A stretch of 64,000 nt of DNA, taken from the NCBI GenBank assembly GCA_965644295.1, contig CBFFRP010000455.1, positions 43,724 to 107,723 of the forward strand, read 5' to 3'. The DNA comes from Paraphysomonas bandaiensis (taxonomy: Eukaryota > Protista > Chrysophyceae). A program made the translations under genes and the position numbers. Positions 50,229 through 62,824 of the stretch are shown piece by piece. The notes under the pieces were generated by a model that was not told where the DNA came from, did no database searches, and saw only the letters and a list, made by a program, of their open reading frames with translations. Position 1 is the stretch's first letter. Each line of letters starts with the position of its first letter.

Positions 50229-51840
50229 AGCTGAAGTTATAGGAGGACAAAAGACAGAAATCCGTCGAAAGACAAAATGTCTTTTTGTCTTCGGCCGACA
50301 GAAAGGCATAAATATGAGCAAATTTATGTCTTTTTGTCTTCAAGGACAGAAATCGAGAGTGGAAGACATTTTTACACAATGGAGCTTCATTAATAGTTAT
50401 ACACACTGATGAACAGCACCGGGCGCAATGATTTATAGTCTCAAGCATTGGCAGAAGCTTGCCATTGCTTTGGCAGGCATGGAGACCCATGGTGTCAAGA
50501 CCACGACGATAACAGAGCTTGGAGAAACATGTCTGTGAAACTTCTTACGACACGCCGCACTCCTGTCAACAATGAAAGCCCTATGCACAAACCGGACTTG
50601 CTGGTATGCTCCCAACAAAATGTATAATAAGGTATGAGTAAACACTTATTATTACTGTTAAATCACCCAACACGGTCAACGATATCCGCTAGATAACGCC
50701 GCGCAGTATTCCCTCTAAGAATAAAGATCGCTGTTAAGACAGTGTCAAGTAACTTAAAACAATGACATGCAAGGAATAACATATAGAATGGTACGCATCT
50801 ACAGAATGAACCAAGTTCATTTTATATCACACACACCACACCGCATGCATTCTTGCATACACCGTGTATACCACACGTATTATGACAATAAAACAAAACT
50901 GAATAACAGCGTGTGAAACTGAATAACTGCGCATAAAACTGAAACTACCTACATAGCATAAAACTGAAATAAAACCATTGTGATAAAACTGAAAAACAGC
51001 TAACTAAAATGAGTAACGTGATACCGTATTCGCTGATAGTCTACTGCTCTTATCATACTCCCTAAACTCATATAAAACTTATTGCATCTTTACTCTCCCC
51101 ATATATTCCTCTTTAAGCCACACGCTTGCCATAATAGCCACCCACTATGCCTGCTTAGCAGCATCACCATGCTTAGCGTCTATAGTATGCTCTTGAATGG
51201 TCCTAACTCCTGCTCATCTCCCTATCCAGAGCACCATCATGAAAATGCAGCTCACAGAGGTATTGGGCTGTGTACATCCATAGTTCTGCACTTAACTTGA
51301 GACATTTATGTTCAGGATGTACTAGCAACATCTGAAGATCCCTTCTTATGCTGTTCTGAGGATGATGCAGAGAGAATTGTGTGTACATCACGTTGATGCT
51401 ACCTAAGTCTCTCTCCATTGCCCTTATTGCCTCTACGTCATAAAACAACAGGTGCAGTCGGCTGGCTTCACATGTATTGCAAGTAGAGATAGTGGGTAAC
51501 GTGTTTTGAGTGTCGTGATATTAATAACTGCCTAGAGTAGCCGCATGTATGTACTTCAGTGTGAATGGCTTGTTGTAATTCCATGACTCGTGGCTAGATC
51601 CTTGCACTTCCTTCGTAAATAATTGTCTTGTACTGTTTGCTGTCCTTCTTCTGTTGTTGACTCTCTTCTTTTGTTGTTGAATACCCTATTTCACTACTAC
51701 ACTTGCTACTATATAAACACCCAGGGTTACAGCCCTGACATCTACATCAATGAAACCGTATCCCTGACCGAGTATATTCCGGCAGGAACCATAACTATTG
51801 ATCAGATTGTGAAAGGTGAAGAGTGTGTGTTGATTTAAAC

Positions 51841-51871
<31 letters not shown>

Positions 51872-53790
51872 CATACATACATACATACATACATACATAC
51901 ATACATACATACATACATACATACATACATACATACATACATACATACATACATACATACATACATACATACATACATACATACATACATACATACATAC
52001 ATACATACATACATACATACATACATACATACATACATCCATACATCCATACATCCATACATCCATCCATCCATCCATCCATCCATACATACATACATAC
52101 ATACATACATACATACATACATACATACATACATACATACATACATACATACATACATACATACATACATCCAAAGGAACTCTTTGGAATCAACTCTGAA
52201 ACTATTTGGAAGAAATAAACAACACTGGAAATAAAGAAGGAAATCAGTCATTAAGGAGTTCACTCCAGATTTTGTTATCCTTTTGAATAAGGTATATATA
52301 TCTTATAATGTTATTCAATAGTAATATTTGTTGATGCAGGACGAAACAATACCGCCAGGCGTGCAGATGAGAGAGTTGCTCGTCAAGACGGTGGAGCTCT
52401 CCTGGAATCGTAAAGAAGCTGAAAGGATAAGAAGAGAGCTGGCACAACTCTCGAAACAATGACGCTAACAGCAACGCCAACCAATGGTAATTATCTTGGT
52501 CCGATTGATTTTCTGTTATCCATGCAAGTTCTATTTGTTATATACATATGTTGTTACTATATTATACACGTTAGTTATAATGACGTTTGTCAGTGTCAGT
52601 TTTAAATTCACAACTTTGTTTATTACAATTGACTAATAATTATCACATGATCTAATTGTAAGATGCATTTAATCTTGCATGTAATTACAGATATATTGAA
52701 TGGGATCTAACTACACAAACAACTGAAATGTAGTGTGTGTTGTACATATAACATATTGTAATCAACTAAATATACACATTCAACTTCAATATTGGGTTAA
52801 CATAAACTCACTTCTATCTTAGTTATCAATTATGATATTGGCAGTCATATGTATAGATATCGTTATATTACAATTATAGAGAAACCACAATGATGAGTCA
52901 ACTATCAAAAGGAGTTCATCAAACACTTCAAGTCATCATCCATCTTTCGTCTGATGTGGAAGATAACAATGATGTCAGTGCATGCGATCTATCTTCATAA
53001 CCTGGACTTCGAAACAAGTTCAAGAATATTACAGGAGAGTTTAAGTGCCATATCTGATGCTATATAGGAAGTTAAGGGCAGTAACACCCAGCTCTTTCAA
53101 CCCAGCTCTTTCAAGGTGTCCGTCACTACGTCGTGCGTATCAGGATTGTGCGCCTCATCTTACTATCATTCAAATCAGGTGCACTCGCAGAGATTGAGCG
53201 TGTTTATATAAATGTGATGATGATGCTAATCAAGGCAATAAAAAGCATCGTGCTTGAAACATTTGATACGTAATTCGAAAACGCGTTCTGAATTGCTTGC
53301 CTGTTGCAGTGTGACATGGTATATAATACAATACCAAAAGTCATACCTTCACAAGTTGTGGGATCTCTTATCCTTGTATTCCTCAGCAGGAGTCCCCATG
53401 GTGTGTTATCGTAGCCAATCCGTTCGTAGACATTTCTTCTTGCAAAGATACGATCCTAACTGGACGCTGGAGATTGCTTCATGAGCTGTTTGATCAAGGA
53501 TGTCCTGCACAGACAACTTTCGGGACAATGCACCCACACATGAAATATCATGCTATCAACTTTACACAGTCACTTGTGACTTGTGTCGATGCTTAATGCT
53601 TTGCTTCGCAGTATATTCAGTGAGATCTAGCGAGCAGAGAATGAGCAGAATTCAAAATTCTAAAAAAAATCGCTGTTTTGTCTTTTGTCTTTCTGTGTGC
53701 ACTATAACTTCAGCTCCACTTGCACCCGACAAAAACAATTCTGATGAAAAAAAATGTCTTTTGTCGTTTTGTCTTTTGTCTCCACTATAA
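50229..53790 (-). mobile_element. Decayed Harbinger-like DNA transposon
   Basis: AGCTGAAGTTATAG at 50229 is inverted at 53702-53715, with GACAAAA/TTTTGTC subterminal repeats at both ends. The minus-strand relic TPWGLLLRNTRIRDPTTCEG|KQFRTRFRITYQMF (~53250-53405) resembles N-termini of DDE_Tnp_4-type transposases. No TSD seen. Confidence 0.55.
51842..52170. repeat. (CATA)n microsatellite with a (CATC) patch
   Basis: Directly visible. It is flanked by AG|GTGAAG and CAAAG, so it may sit in an intron of a decayed gene. Confidence 0.95.
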
Positions 53791-54139
53791 TTAGTGGCCT
53801 AACAGCTTCTATGATAGATCCAAGGCGGTGGGATATGTATAAGATCTTGTCTGCTGTAACATGACTGTAACACACCTCTATTAGCATTAGCATCTACAGC
53901 AATCACTCACTCACTCTCTCTCTCTCATAGCACTCATATATATCCCCTACAGTCCACTGAATATACTTTAACTATAACAACTACATCAGTAGCATGTCTG
54001 AATCTTTTGCTAATGAGTTAGATGTTCTCTTGGAATAGCACACACAGCTCTATACCCTTCATATCTTGTAAGGGGTAAGAGTATCACCATACTCATTAAC
54101 CACAACTCCAATAGAATAGTTTGATGTATCATCTGAGTA

Positions 54140-54198
54140 GTGAATGTCTGTTTATTAGCAACAGGCGTTGAAGAGTCAGAACCAGTTTAGTAGATAGA
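54140..54198 (-). mobile_element. 3'-terminal fragment of the LINE/short retroelement family
   Basis: Reverse complement reads ...AACGCCTGTTGCTAATAAACAGACATTCACTAC, like the family 3' terminus. Confidence 0.6.
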
Positions 54199-54830
54199 TG
54201 TAAAATTATCTGAAGTACACTTCTCTGTAGTCTGTTAAATGGTCGTGAGTAGTTTTCATAGTAGAAAGTTTAGCTATGAGCTCTACTAGTTAAGTCTTCC
54301 TCAGTTTTCAGTTTTGTTAGTAACATCACTGAGATATGCTTTTGGAGCTCCTGCACCTCAAACCGTTCATTTTAGTCATAAAGTGAGAATTTGATTCCAG
54401 ATTAATATCAGCGGTCAGTCTACCCGTATAGAATATAGACTTCTTTCATCTAATAGAATATAGCCATATAGCCAATATTCTCAGTGATAAATAGTGTTGC
54501 CTTAGTAATAATGTGCAATAGGTGAAATCAACTCATAAGTGTAACAGATGAAAATTGTTATAAAAGTAAGTAAATTCAGTTACTGATATGCTGTGACTAC
54601 GTGACTACATAAGGTATAGGATGGACAGATGTTTCTGAGAAGAGATGTTCAGCAGATGTCAGATAAATGTGCTGTGAAATGTTGAGATTAATAACTATAA
54701 TATTTCTTGAGCGTACATTTCGTGTAACAAATCAAGGCGTAGGTTGAAGTGTAGAGCCAGGTTAACTTCTGTGTAATATCCAATTCTAACAATAGGTGCA
54801 GGTCAATGACATGACACCACAACATCACTT

Positions 54831-55272
54831 ACCCTCAACAAAGTCGGACTCGCACCTTTTCGTGATGTGTTGGGGGATACGTACGGGAGATATTTCTTCG
54901 GGAAACTAACGTGAGCCGCATAATATGTAGTCAGCAGATATATTCTTCTGCCCACTCACATAGCCAAATGCTTGTGTGGTACAAGGTACACTATTTTATG
55001 TACTTGTGTAGACGTCTTTGGGCCTTGACGAATAAACAGGCATCTGGGAATGAGCCTATCCGGGGTATTGAGCTTTCTGCTGTAGTCAAGCAAGCTGTTC
55101 ACCTAATGGATATCGTATATCAACATTCTGCTTGCTCACTGCGTTTGCTTTGAGTGATAGAACGATATTGGGTTTTGCACCTAGGTGCTTGCGGTGATGC
55201 GTTAAGTAGCAGGATATCAGAGTTAAACACTAACTCCTAAACGCCTATTGCTAATAATGAGACATTCACTAC
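54831..55272 (+). mobile_element. Short non-autonomous retroelement, diverged copy C
   Basis: Head ACCCTCAACAAAGTCGGACTCGCACCTTTTCGTG is identical to copy A; tail AACGCCTATTGCTAATAATGAGACATTCA. Confidence 0.8.
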
Positions 55273-55627
55273 TGTCTATAGACTAATAGAATCCCAAACT
55301 ACGATTGTAGTCTATGTTTGTTTCTGCCTTAATTAGTAAGTAGTAAATGATTATTGAGCTTGTTAAGTTTATGATATCATGTCATGCTTGCTTCCAAACG
55401 AAATTTAGCTTCAGCGACATCATAATTATTAAGAAGTATTCAAGTCAATCTGACGACATAGATATGCACATTATTATGTCAGAAAAAGTCTCCGGAATTA
55501 TACAATAATATAACGCCACAATAAAGTAAAGATCATGAAGTTTGCAAAATATAACTCATCTAGATACTATGTTGGTAATACGTTCATGACATATGTGATG
55601 ACATATCCGCACCAAATATTCTGCATA

Positions 55628-57554
55628 TCAAAAAGTTAGTAGACGCATAAAATGCATATCATTTCGGAGTTTGTACCTGTCTAAAGAGCAACGAAGATGG
55701 TCTCCTCGTAGAGCTTGCAGTTTTTGCCACACTACATCCCTATTACTACCACGGGCTGCAAATTTCTCTCTAATTCCTGCAAACATATGAGAGTGGTAGT
55801 GCAGCACCATCGGAGTGTAGAATCCGTGTTTGTCGCGATAGTAGGTATGTCCAAAGTAGTCTACGTACAAGTGGTAAGAGTGAGGACGATGGCATTCTAA
55901 AGCTATTCTGACCTGTATGCAGCATCCAGAGGCGCTCTATACACTGCCGTACCGCCCGTCTCTCCGCTGTATTGCTCAGTATAAACTTCTCGAGCCACAC
56001 GCACCCGAATGGTTTATCTAGATAACCATCGTCACGGTCAACGTATAACCTTCTTCTGGTAGAACGTAGGAGCTGCTTCACCTCTCGTGAACGGCCATCG
56101 GCCACTCCAAAAGGGGTTAGAAGCAATTGTCCCGTTGCGTAATGATGAAGGGTAAGGCGCGTGAGACAGACAACTGAACATGCAACTGTGAACGGCGAGA
56201 ACTGTAGCATAGCGTAGTCCATCAGCGAGAGGTCAGAGAGAAATATCGCCAATACAACATGCTCAGAGGATGTCGGAGAGGGTGGAGGGCGAGGAGGGGA
56301 GTCCATCTGAGACAAATGGTGATATAGCGGCATGTCGATTTCCAGTTGTTGATACATCACCAATGGTAGGCGAAGAAGGGAACACAGAGGTGCCAGAAAC
56401 GAGAGTGTGGTAGGCGCTACAGTGGTGTTCAGGCCAGCCACATCAGTGAGGGAAAAATAAGGACTCTGGGAAATTGCCTGCTCTTCACTATCCGATGTTA
56501 CCATTGCCACAGCACCTTCAGTTTCCTCTACCGCCGGAGGAACCCATTCGGCCCTTCTCTTGTGATTCTCGATAAATGTGACAACCGCATTCACTTCTTC
56601 AATAGCGTATTGCGAGTCGCACATATACACCACGTCCGACACTGTCATAGCTGTAGAGCCCGGAGCACCTGCTCCCATACCCTGGCTATCACCCGACGGT
56701 CTGGACCTCACAAGTAAGCATACACACCCAAGAAGCTGGAACTTTGTCCGGGGAACAGGGACAGTTGCGAGGACAATATCAAGAAGTTGAACAGCTGAGT
56801 GTAACACACTGGGAACAAAAGAAAACTCAACAGATACTTCAATCATCCAATCAACAACACTTGCACGCATATGTTCATCCAGAAATTGAAGTGGTCCATG
56901 ATTTTCAACATTCTGTACAGTTGCCATATAGTTCGCATCTACATATTCCCTCTGCTGAGAAAGCAATGCACCAAAGTGTACAAAACTACATACAATCGGC
57001 AAACTACTGCAAGATCTCCAATGAGGTAATGTATATCTATCACGTCTTTCAAATGTTCCCATACGTATTGGTGGAGTAATACGTAAATACATTTCTGCTG
57101 TATTCTTTGCACTGTTTTCCATTAAATCTTGTGTAGATCGTGAGCATTGTTGCATCCTTCCCACATCTTTCATAGTAAGATACACCATAAGATACTCGTT
57201 AATAACATCTAATGGAATACGATGAAATACAGTTAAATATCTTTCCCTTTCATTGGTTGAAATTATTGTACGATAATATTTGATTGGATGAGATGGATAA
57301 AGAAGTGAATGAAGATACCATATACATCTTGAAGGGACACTTGATATATATGACAATCTACTAGATAAACTAGTTACACTACTAGATAAACTAGTTGTAC
57401 TATTAGATAGTTTACTAGATATATGAGAGAGTCTATTTGATATACTACTAGATAAAATAGATACTCCTTCATGTAAACGACCTCGTATCCATTGACCGAA
57501 TACATGAGGAGTCCGATGGACTTTGTTTGATTTATTTCGATTAGATGGAGCCAT
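55628..57554 (-). CDS. Cyclin (A/B-type cyclin box) with an N-terminal F-box-like motif; exons 57554-55913, 55860-55628
   Basis: MRASVVDWMIEVSVEF..LHSAVQLLD..KFQLLGCVCL; cyclin C-terminal LSDLSLMDY.MLQFSP; upstream RIPLDVINEYLMVYLTMKDVGRM. A 52-nt GT-AG intron joins a last exon containing GIREKF. Confidence 0.88.
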
Positions 57555-57606
57555 ATGATAGAGTATAATACATGTGAATATATATATAAGTATGAAATAT
57601 TGATCA

Positions 57607-57640
<34 letters not shown>

Positions 57641-58176
57641 GTAATCATATACTTATATAGGGAATCACAGGACATTTAGAGGGGTGATCAGTTCGTATGA
57701 AAAGTATCGTAAGCATAATCTACAAGAGACATACGTAGGATAGGAGTAAGAATTCTACCGTATTCGGTAGTGATAATTGGGGTACAAAGTACGTATGTGA
57801 ACTTCAATATATCCATAGATTTGTTATGAATCTGTAATGTAATATGCTGATTGGATAATATACTACCGTATTGTGTATAGTGCAAGGTGGATCGAGGTTA
57901 TATATGGAAAATTTTGTACACAGTGTGGCACTACCGGGTAGTGTAGTGTAGAGGGACACGTACCAAAATACTGCTGACATATACTGGTGTCGGTCTGTGT
58001 CACGTACTGGTGTAATGTACTGCTCTACTACTGTCCTGATGTACAACAGGTCCATATAAGATGTACAGGCGTGCAACAGGCCATCCATACACATACATAT
58101 TTGTACACATCCATTGCATTAATTGCCCATGTTCTCGTTCATAGTTTCTTAAATAAGTGCATCAAATAGCAGAACA

Positions 58177-59412
58177 ATGAGATCCCAGTGCACCCGTATA
58201 CGTATATTCATCTCCTCTACCATCCGACCGTTACCTCTATCTATAAACCCATCTATATATATGTCCACATACCCATCAATGCATTTACACCCATCTATAG
58301 ACCCTTCTATACATATAGATCCACCCCCCGACCAATCACTTGCATGGGAACATGATGCACGGCACGAGAAAGCACGAGTTGAGCGGATGCTGGATCTCGG
58401 CCTATATAAGGACCGCAAGCATCCTATATATAATTTCGTGTTTGTGTACTTCTTCTTTAGCCCTAAAGTGTTATTCCGTTATTCTCCTGGTATAGGCAAG
58501 ACGCTGAATGGAGTTGACTCAGGTGATGTGTATGTGCAGATGGATGGAATATATTAGTGATGTTCAAATAGGTAATAGTTGTCATCGCGAGAGTTTATGG
58601 CATATCGATACATTTGTTGATGGAGATGGGAGTTATACTCCTTGTCCAGTGAGAGCACAGTTACCACAGAAACAGGTGGAATCCCTGAGGTCTACTCTAA
58701 AGCTATTACAAGCTATTCAGTCCCGTCCTCCGGCCTTCTGGTGCTTTGGGTTGCATGAATGGGCGATGGTGTACAAAAACACTAGCAATAGATTTCAACA
58801 GCTCCCACTGCGTGTGCCCCAGGAGGTCGTTGGGAGTCTTGTTGAAAGCAAAAGACTTCGTTGCACTCACTACGACGCATTGCGCTTTTTTGACCCTGCT
58901 GCTCGTCCCTTAAACTCCATTTCCCCGGAACCTACTCGACGTACAACACACCTGCATGATCAGCCCGGGTGCATTCATGTAAATATGGACCTTTTTAAGT
59001 GAGTGATTCACGAATTACTATATAGCCCCTCTCGTTATAGCAGTTGATTTCTGACTGTTAGGTGGGCAGTAAAAGCATATCCTTTTGTTTCGTCGTCATT
59101 GCTGTGCGATGCTTTGGCTCTGGCGTTGCGAGCTAGAGAAATAGACATGCGTGCATCTCCGTATGACTTAAGTGCGTACACCCAGCCATCAGGGGAAAGG
59201 GGTTTAGGAAGTATGTTCTCATCTAACCCTGTTAGAGTGGAAACCGCTGAGGTAAGTACAATCAGTTGGGGATGAAGAATAAATTTTATGTTGTCGTGTT
59301 GTAGGGGAGAAAGGAATATCAGAAGCTACAGGAAGAGTTGTATTTAGAATCGGTAGATATCAGAGCTAGATTAGTAGATTGTTATCAGCAAATTCTTACT
59401 GATCTCTCATAG
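58177..59412 (+). CDS. Homologue of a bacterial (largely actinobacterial) uncharacterised family often labelled '3-methyladenine DNA glycosylase', about 5 exons
   Basis: KHPIYNFVFVYF..P..L.RYSPG, FWCFGLHEWAMVY, CTHYDALRFF, DQPGCIHVNMDLFK|W, DMRASPYDL, VETAE|GRKEY. Confidence 0.75.
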
Positions 59413-59612
59413 ATATATTGTACGTGTGTATTATAAGTAGATATAACTGGAAATCAGTATAATCGCGCATATTTTCTGACTTGATTAATAGTGTGGTCTT
59501 AACGCTCCAGTGTGGTAGTAGTTGACTTAAATCACTGCTTTCACTTGTCATGCTGTACGTTGCGCAACGTCCCTACATGTACATCTATCAGATCTATCAT
59601 ATACCGGGAATA

Positions 59613-59774
59613 CTCGCACCTTGGTGCTTGCGGCGACGCACAAGCAATTCTCGTAGCGTTACAGAGTAGGGCATAAGGTGGTATATGCTTCTCTAGCTTG
59701 ACTAGTTTGTCCATCTAGCTACTAAGCTGGTGCAGATTTTTATCGCCTAGTGCTGATAGTAAGACTTTCAATAT
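59613..59774 (+). mobile_element. 5'-truncated copy (3' tail only) of the LINE/short retroelement family
   Basis: TCGCACCTTGGTGCTTGCGGCGACGCACAAGCA...AAGACTTTCAATAT. Confidence 0.8.
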
Positions 59775-59864
59775 GCTGTAGTGAGTAGTGAGTTTCCGCC
59801 GTACATTATGCACCTACGTATGTCGAAAACAAGAAGAACAACTCCATCAATAAGGAAAATTAAT

Positions 59865-60389
59865 TTACGAGGAAATGGAAGTTTTATCATATACAAGAAG
59901 ATCAACATTGTTGTACGGCCCACATGTCACTCTCTTGGAACAAGTCAAGTGTTTAGGACCCCATGTATTGCATATGAGAAGACACCCCCTCTCCAGTAGT
60001 GCATCGAGTTTATCCCGAATACATTCTATTGCTTCAGGTAGCAGATAGAGTACTACAACAGTTGCTGGTGATAAATCTACCTCTCTAAGATCACCTAATA
60101 TAGCTGTAACCTTATCACTAAGTTCTAACTCCTCTATCTTCCTTTTAAAATCATTGTATAAATGTTCCTCTATTTCTACACCAACACTCTTAGCATTATA
60201 ACGTCTAGTAGCTTCAATACATACTCTACCATCACCACAACCGAGATCATATAGAGTGGAGTTCGATGATATGTTAGCTATAGAGAGAATAACGCTAATA
60301 ACATCCATCTCTGCTTGACAGGGAGGGGCGAGACTATCCCCTTCCATCCAGAATCCTTCTAAAGGGTTTGTTTCATCAGTATCGGACAT
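59865..60389 (-). CDS. Class I SAM-dependent methyltransferase (FAM173/DOT1-like small lysine MTase)
   Basis: SLAPPC, LYDLGCGDGRV, SVGVEIE, ATVVVLYLLP. Confidence 0.88.
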   Translation of the reverse strand: MSDTDETNPLEGFWMEGDSLAPPCQAEMDVISVILSIANISSNSTLYDLGCGDGRVCIEATRRYNAKSVGVEIEEHLYNDFKRKIEELELSDKVTAILGDLREVDLSPATVVVLYLLPEAIECIRDKLDALLERGCLLICNTWGPKHLTCSKRVTCGPYNNVDLLVYDKTSISS

Positions 60390-60909
60390 GGTTATGAGGA
60401 ATGAGAGTGTGGTGAATTACTGCACTCTCTCTCTCTATATATACACACACTATACACGGATGCCAGTTGTGCTGTGTGTATGTATAATGTATACTGTATA
60501 TACGTGGGTGGAAAAAGTCGACCAGGTGGGAAAAATATCCCAGATTTTTAGCTGTACACTGACACAGTCAGTTCTTGATATGGTCAATGGATTGTACCAG
60601 CCACAGGGTTACAATAAAACTGGGTTTTATGTGGAAGAAAAACAGGTTTATTTGTAAAAAAACCAGTTTTGGTTTAAAAATTCAGATATTTGTAATTATA
60701 TATTCTCAAACAACGAAAAAGGGTGTTTTTTTTGACTGTCCGATTTTGTCCCAGGAATGGACTCGTACAAGCTTTCAAGGCACTGTATACATACGGCGGT
60801 ACACACATCAATCCATCCATCCATACATACATACATACATACATAAGTGGTGGTTAACTAGCACTCTTATTGCCCTCAGCACATCTCCTCATACACTCCT
60901 ATACACGCA

Positions 60910-61461
60910 ATGAACTCCTACCAATCCACCACATTAACAGAGGGATCTCATCTCCTTCCATCCTCTCATCCTCCACTTCAAAAAACATCAAATAAACCTC
61001 AAGTTTTGGGGTTTTATGAAAACCAACTCTGCATTTGTCGGGAATTTTATCGACAATTTCGTGAACTTCCGTTACTTTTACAGTTACAGCAGATCACAAT
61101 ATTTTTAGTTTTCTTCACATTTTATGCTTACTGTGTATTTAATACATTTTCTCCGAATATTTTTAATGATCATTCATCAAGAAGATTAACTGATGCTGTA
61201 AACTGCACTCCAACTGAAGCTGCAACATCACTGACTACAGGGGCTGTAATTGGTTCTGCACTTGTACTTGGAACATTTCTTGCAATCGGTCTATCTCCAA
61301 TAGGTCCCATTGCAGGTGGACTGTTTGCAGCTAATATGGGTGCTGGATTGGCTTCAGGTTCAGCAATGGCTATTGCGCAGTCAATGGCTATGACAGGAAC
61401 TGCATATGGGACTGGGGCTGCAATAGGGGCCGCAACTGGTGCAACTGTAAGCTGTGCTTGA
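60910..61461 (+). CDS. Membrane protein with an IFI6/IFI27 (ISG12)-like Gly/Ala-rich domain
   Basis: TM segment, then RRL, then AIGLSPIGPIAGGLFAANMGAGLASGSAMAIAQSMAMTG. Confidence 0.65.
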   Translation: MNSYQSTTLTEGSHLLPSSHPPLQKTSNKPQVLGFYENQLCICREFYRQFRELPLLLQLQQITIFLVFFTFYAYCVFNTFSPNIFNDHSSRRLTDAVNCTPTEAATSLTTGAVIGSALVLGTFLAIGLSPIGPIAGGLFAANMGAGLASGSAMAIAQSMAMTGTAYGTGAAIGAATGATVSCA

Positions 61462-61857
61462 TGGATGCAATTGATGAGTAAACGTAATGCTTTTATTGAA
61501 ATAAGACACATGTTGCAGAATGTAGCCCTTGTAGTTTAATTACCGATGTCACTCTCCCTTTTACTGTATGCAGTGGGTAGTGTTGACTAAACTAAGCAAT
61601 TCATATCTTGATCAGAATCTCTACGTATTTTTCTGCCCTGTGCCAAGGTTAACTAGCCGGGTTGCGTATCAATAAACTGTCAACTGCAATAGATATTGGG
61701 ACAAATAGAAGTCCTGTCTATGCATCTATATATCTCTTTTTCTGATCTCTAACTTTGCTTTGACCTGATCTATGCTGCGTCGGTTTCACTTTACCTGCTG
61801 TGTGACGTCATTGTACTGTAATGTATAGTTATATCGTTATATGCTAGTATAATTTAT

Positions 61858-62824
61858 GGGATCTATTATTGAACCTAGTCAAATTGGTGTAATTTCCTAG
61901 TCACACCAAAATTGGTGTAAAAACCTAGTCAAGCGGTTGAAAAACCTAGTCATTTAATAATTCATATTTTCAGTTTACAATGACTAGGTTTTATGGTATT
62001 CACCTAGTCAAAAATAAAAATTTTGAGTCAAACATGGGAGCATACTCTATCCATCAATTGATAAATGTAGATATTGTATACATGCAATACATAACATTAT
62101 AACGTTGCATTCCAATGAGAAATTGGTTACCATGTCCGGTGCAATTCCATAGCTTCCCAAGGGCCATGACAGCGGTGGGTTCACCGTTGATGAGGGACCT
62201 CGCTGCATTGTGAGTCTTGATGGAGATCAACATGTGCTTCACATCAATGTTCCCTGAGCACATAATTAAGATATGTAGAGAGTTATAAATGTATTTTACA
62301 TACCTCACAAGCGATATTGGGTTTGCCCTTGATTATTTAAAAATTAAGGGATCTCCCGTACAACATACATAATATTATACTGTGATGCCTGTCATACAAT
62401 GATTAGCACTCACAAGATTGTAAAAAGTATTGTGTCATACAATGATTAACAGTCACAAGAACGCAAAATATATTGTAATATATAAATGCAGAGTACATAT
62501 CTATTGCACATACCTCACTAGAGGTAGGATCAATAGCTGCTAGTACCCACAGCGCGGGCAGTTGTAGAAAAGAACGATAATAATATAGGTTTCGCTCTTG
62601 ATTTTGTAAGCTTCCTCCCTTACAGCATATATATGCTGTGGTACCTATAATATAGAGATGGTATCTTAGACAGTCACAGTGTGTAATCAATAGATATAAG
62701 AACGACTAGGTTGAATACCAAAGTTGACTAGGTTGAGTCATTTATTACTTTGACTAGGTTATTCCACCAAAAATAGCGTGACTAGGTAATTCAACCAATT
62801 TGACTAGGTTGAATAATATTTCCC
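61858..62824. mobile_element. Non-autonomous Mutator-like element (MULE), 967 bp
   Basis: TIRs GGGATCTATTATTGAACCTAGTCAAATTGGT / ACCAATTTGACTAGGTTGAATAATATTTCCC. 9-bp TSD ATAATTTAT at 61849-61857 and 62825-62833. Confidence 0.92.

Noticed and set aside
55770-55912. C-terminus of the 594-aa cyclin ORF as given in the track
   Set aside because: It reads through a 52-nt GT-AG intron; the spliced exon ending at 55628 gives a more cyclin-like end.
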